Of a stretch of 64,000 bases of DNA, positions 62,791-64,000 are shown piece by piece (the stretch's first letter is position 1; the number at the start of each line of letters is the position of its first letter). The position numbers and the translations under genes are program-made. Origin of the DNA: Hamiltosporidium tvaerminnensis FI-OER-3-3 (taxonomy: Eukaryota; Fungi; Microsporidia); the NCBI GenBank assembly GCA_022605425.2, contig CM061249.1, positions 124,001-188,000 of the forward strand, written 5' to 3'. The notes under the pieces are model-generated. The model was not told the DNA's origin and searched no databases. It was given only the letters and a program-made list of their open reading frames with translations.

Positions 62791-63763
62791 TGACTATACT
62801 TTAAGAAACACTTAAATAAAAGTAAGTAAATTAATCAGAAAATAATTTCATATAAATGATGATTTCTAATCGCTTTTTTTGAGATTAAAAATTCATAAAT
62901 TTTAAGTTTTCTATCTTTTTTTATCTTTCCTTCCATTTCTATTTAAAACAATACTTACATCGATCTTTCTTAATATTTCAAGTCATTTCTTTAATTTCAA
63001 TTATTTTATCTACACCCAAGGGTTTATTAATTTATATTTGTGGGTTTAACATATTTTTTTACCTTTTGATGTGTATGTGGAACAGATATTTGTGTTGTTT
63101 ATGTCTCTCGACTACCTTTAAGACATCAATGATTGTATTTTCCACCTTTCATCGGTATTTTTAATTTATTCAAAAATTCTTTATCAATATAAATGGTTCT
63201 TCGTGTTTTTTTAAATATTTTAAAGAAATCCGTATTTATTTTATCTACTACTTTCAAGCTTAAAAACGTATTTTAATATTTGAACAGAACGAGTCTGAAT
63301 TATTAAATAAGGGATTATCTCAACACTACACCTTCAAATAAGGCATTAATGGCTTTCATTAAAGCATATTCTTGTTTTTTTATTAGCTAATTAAATATTA
63401 ATATAAAAAATTTCTTCTTTTTACTAAAAAATCATAATATTTGAAATTTAATTGAAATAATCGAATCTACATTCTGAATTATGATTCTCATTATAATAAA
63501 TCTGTTGATTTTCAAACTTCTTGAACTATGATTACGTTTCTAAATAAATTTTATTGGTTCTTAGATCAAATCGGGATTTATTTAGAAAAGTAATCGTATT
63601 TCAAGAATATTTTTTATGCAAAAAAATTTAGGGTTAAAATTTATGAAAATGAAATATTAAAAAAATAAATTATAAATCATTTTAAAGTGTAAAAAATGAA
63701 TATCAACGAAATCTGTTAAAAGAAAATCCCAAAAAGGTTTTAAAATTATAAAAATTAAATATT

Positions 63764-64000
63764 TTAATTCTTAACTTGCTGCAACTCAGGATATTTCGCA
63801 AAAAACTCTTCTCTTTGAGTTTTTGATCTCTTCTTTCTTTCTTCTGCTTCTTTTTTAATAGCATTTTTTGCATCCTCTTTTTCTTGTGTCCATTCACCTG
63901 TAATTCGTATTCTTGGTATTTTAACTTTTTCTTGTCCACTTTCTTTTGCTGCTTTGGTGATGCTTTCAACTAAGAATTTCTTGATATCTGCACCTTCGGG
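63764..64000 (-). CDS. RPS6: 3' end of a gene entering from outside the window, probably 40S ribosomal protein eS6
   Basis: Open frame from the window edge: PEGADIKKFLVESITKAAKESGQEKVKIPRIRITGEWTQEKEDAKNAIKKEAEERKKRSKTQREEFFAKYPELQQVKN*. It resembles the eS6 C-terminus (K.PKIQRL-equivalent followed by a long charged helix). Confidence 0.6.
   Translation of the reverse strand, partial: PEGADIKKFLVESITKAAKESGQEKVKIPRIRITGEWTQEKEDAKNAIKKEAEERKKRSKTQREEFFAKYPELQQVKN

Noticed and set aside
63703-63969. 88-aa Lys-rich ORF
   Set aside because: Shadow frame with a non-ATG start over the more plausible eS6-like frame.

Overview
Very AT-rich, gene-sparse eukaryotic DNA with single-exon genes. Many genes have a CCC motif a few bases before the ATG, which is typical of microsporidia. 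The low gene density and heavy load of decayed transposons suggest a large-genome microsporidian such as Hamiltosporidium (inference). Housekeeping genes: RluA/Pus9-type pseudouridine synthase carrying a 29-aa repeat insertion, GWT1, glucose-6-phosphate isomerase, a sphingomyelin-synthase-family enzyme, a NAA50-like acetyltransferase, a Utp4-like WD40 protein and the 3' end of a probable ribosomal protein eS6. The centre holds an alternating array of an orphan, probably secreted family ('X': one pseudogene, two intact genes) and two ABCG half-transporters. The second ABCG is full length but has lost nearly all catalytic ATPase motifs. Intergenic DNA contains RTE-clade LINE and R4/Dong-like retrotransposon relics and Ginger/KRBA2-type integrase elements, one with visible terminal inverted repeats. 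It also holds six copies of an unexplained ~0.5-0.75 kb non-coding repeat, a minisatellite derived from retrotransposon coding sequence, and a near-perfect 45-bp inverted repeat. All alignments were done by eye; relic boundaries are approximate.
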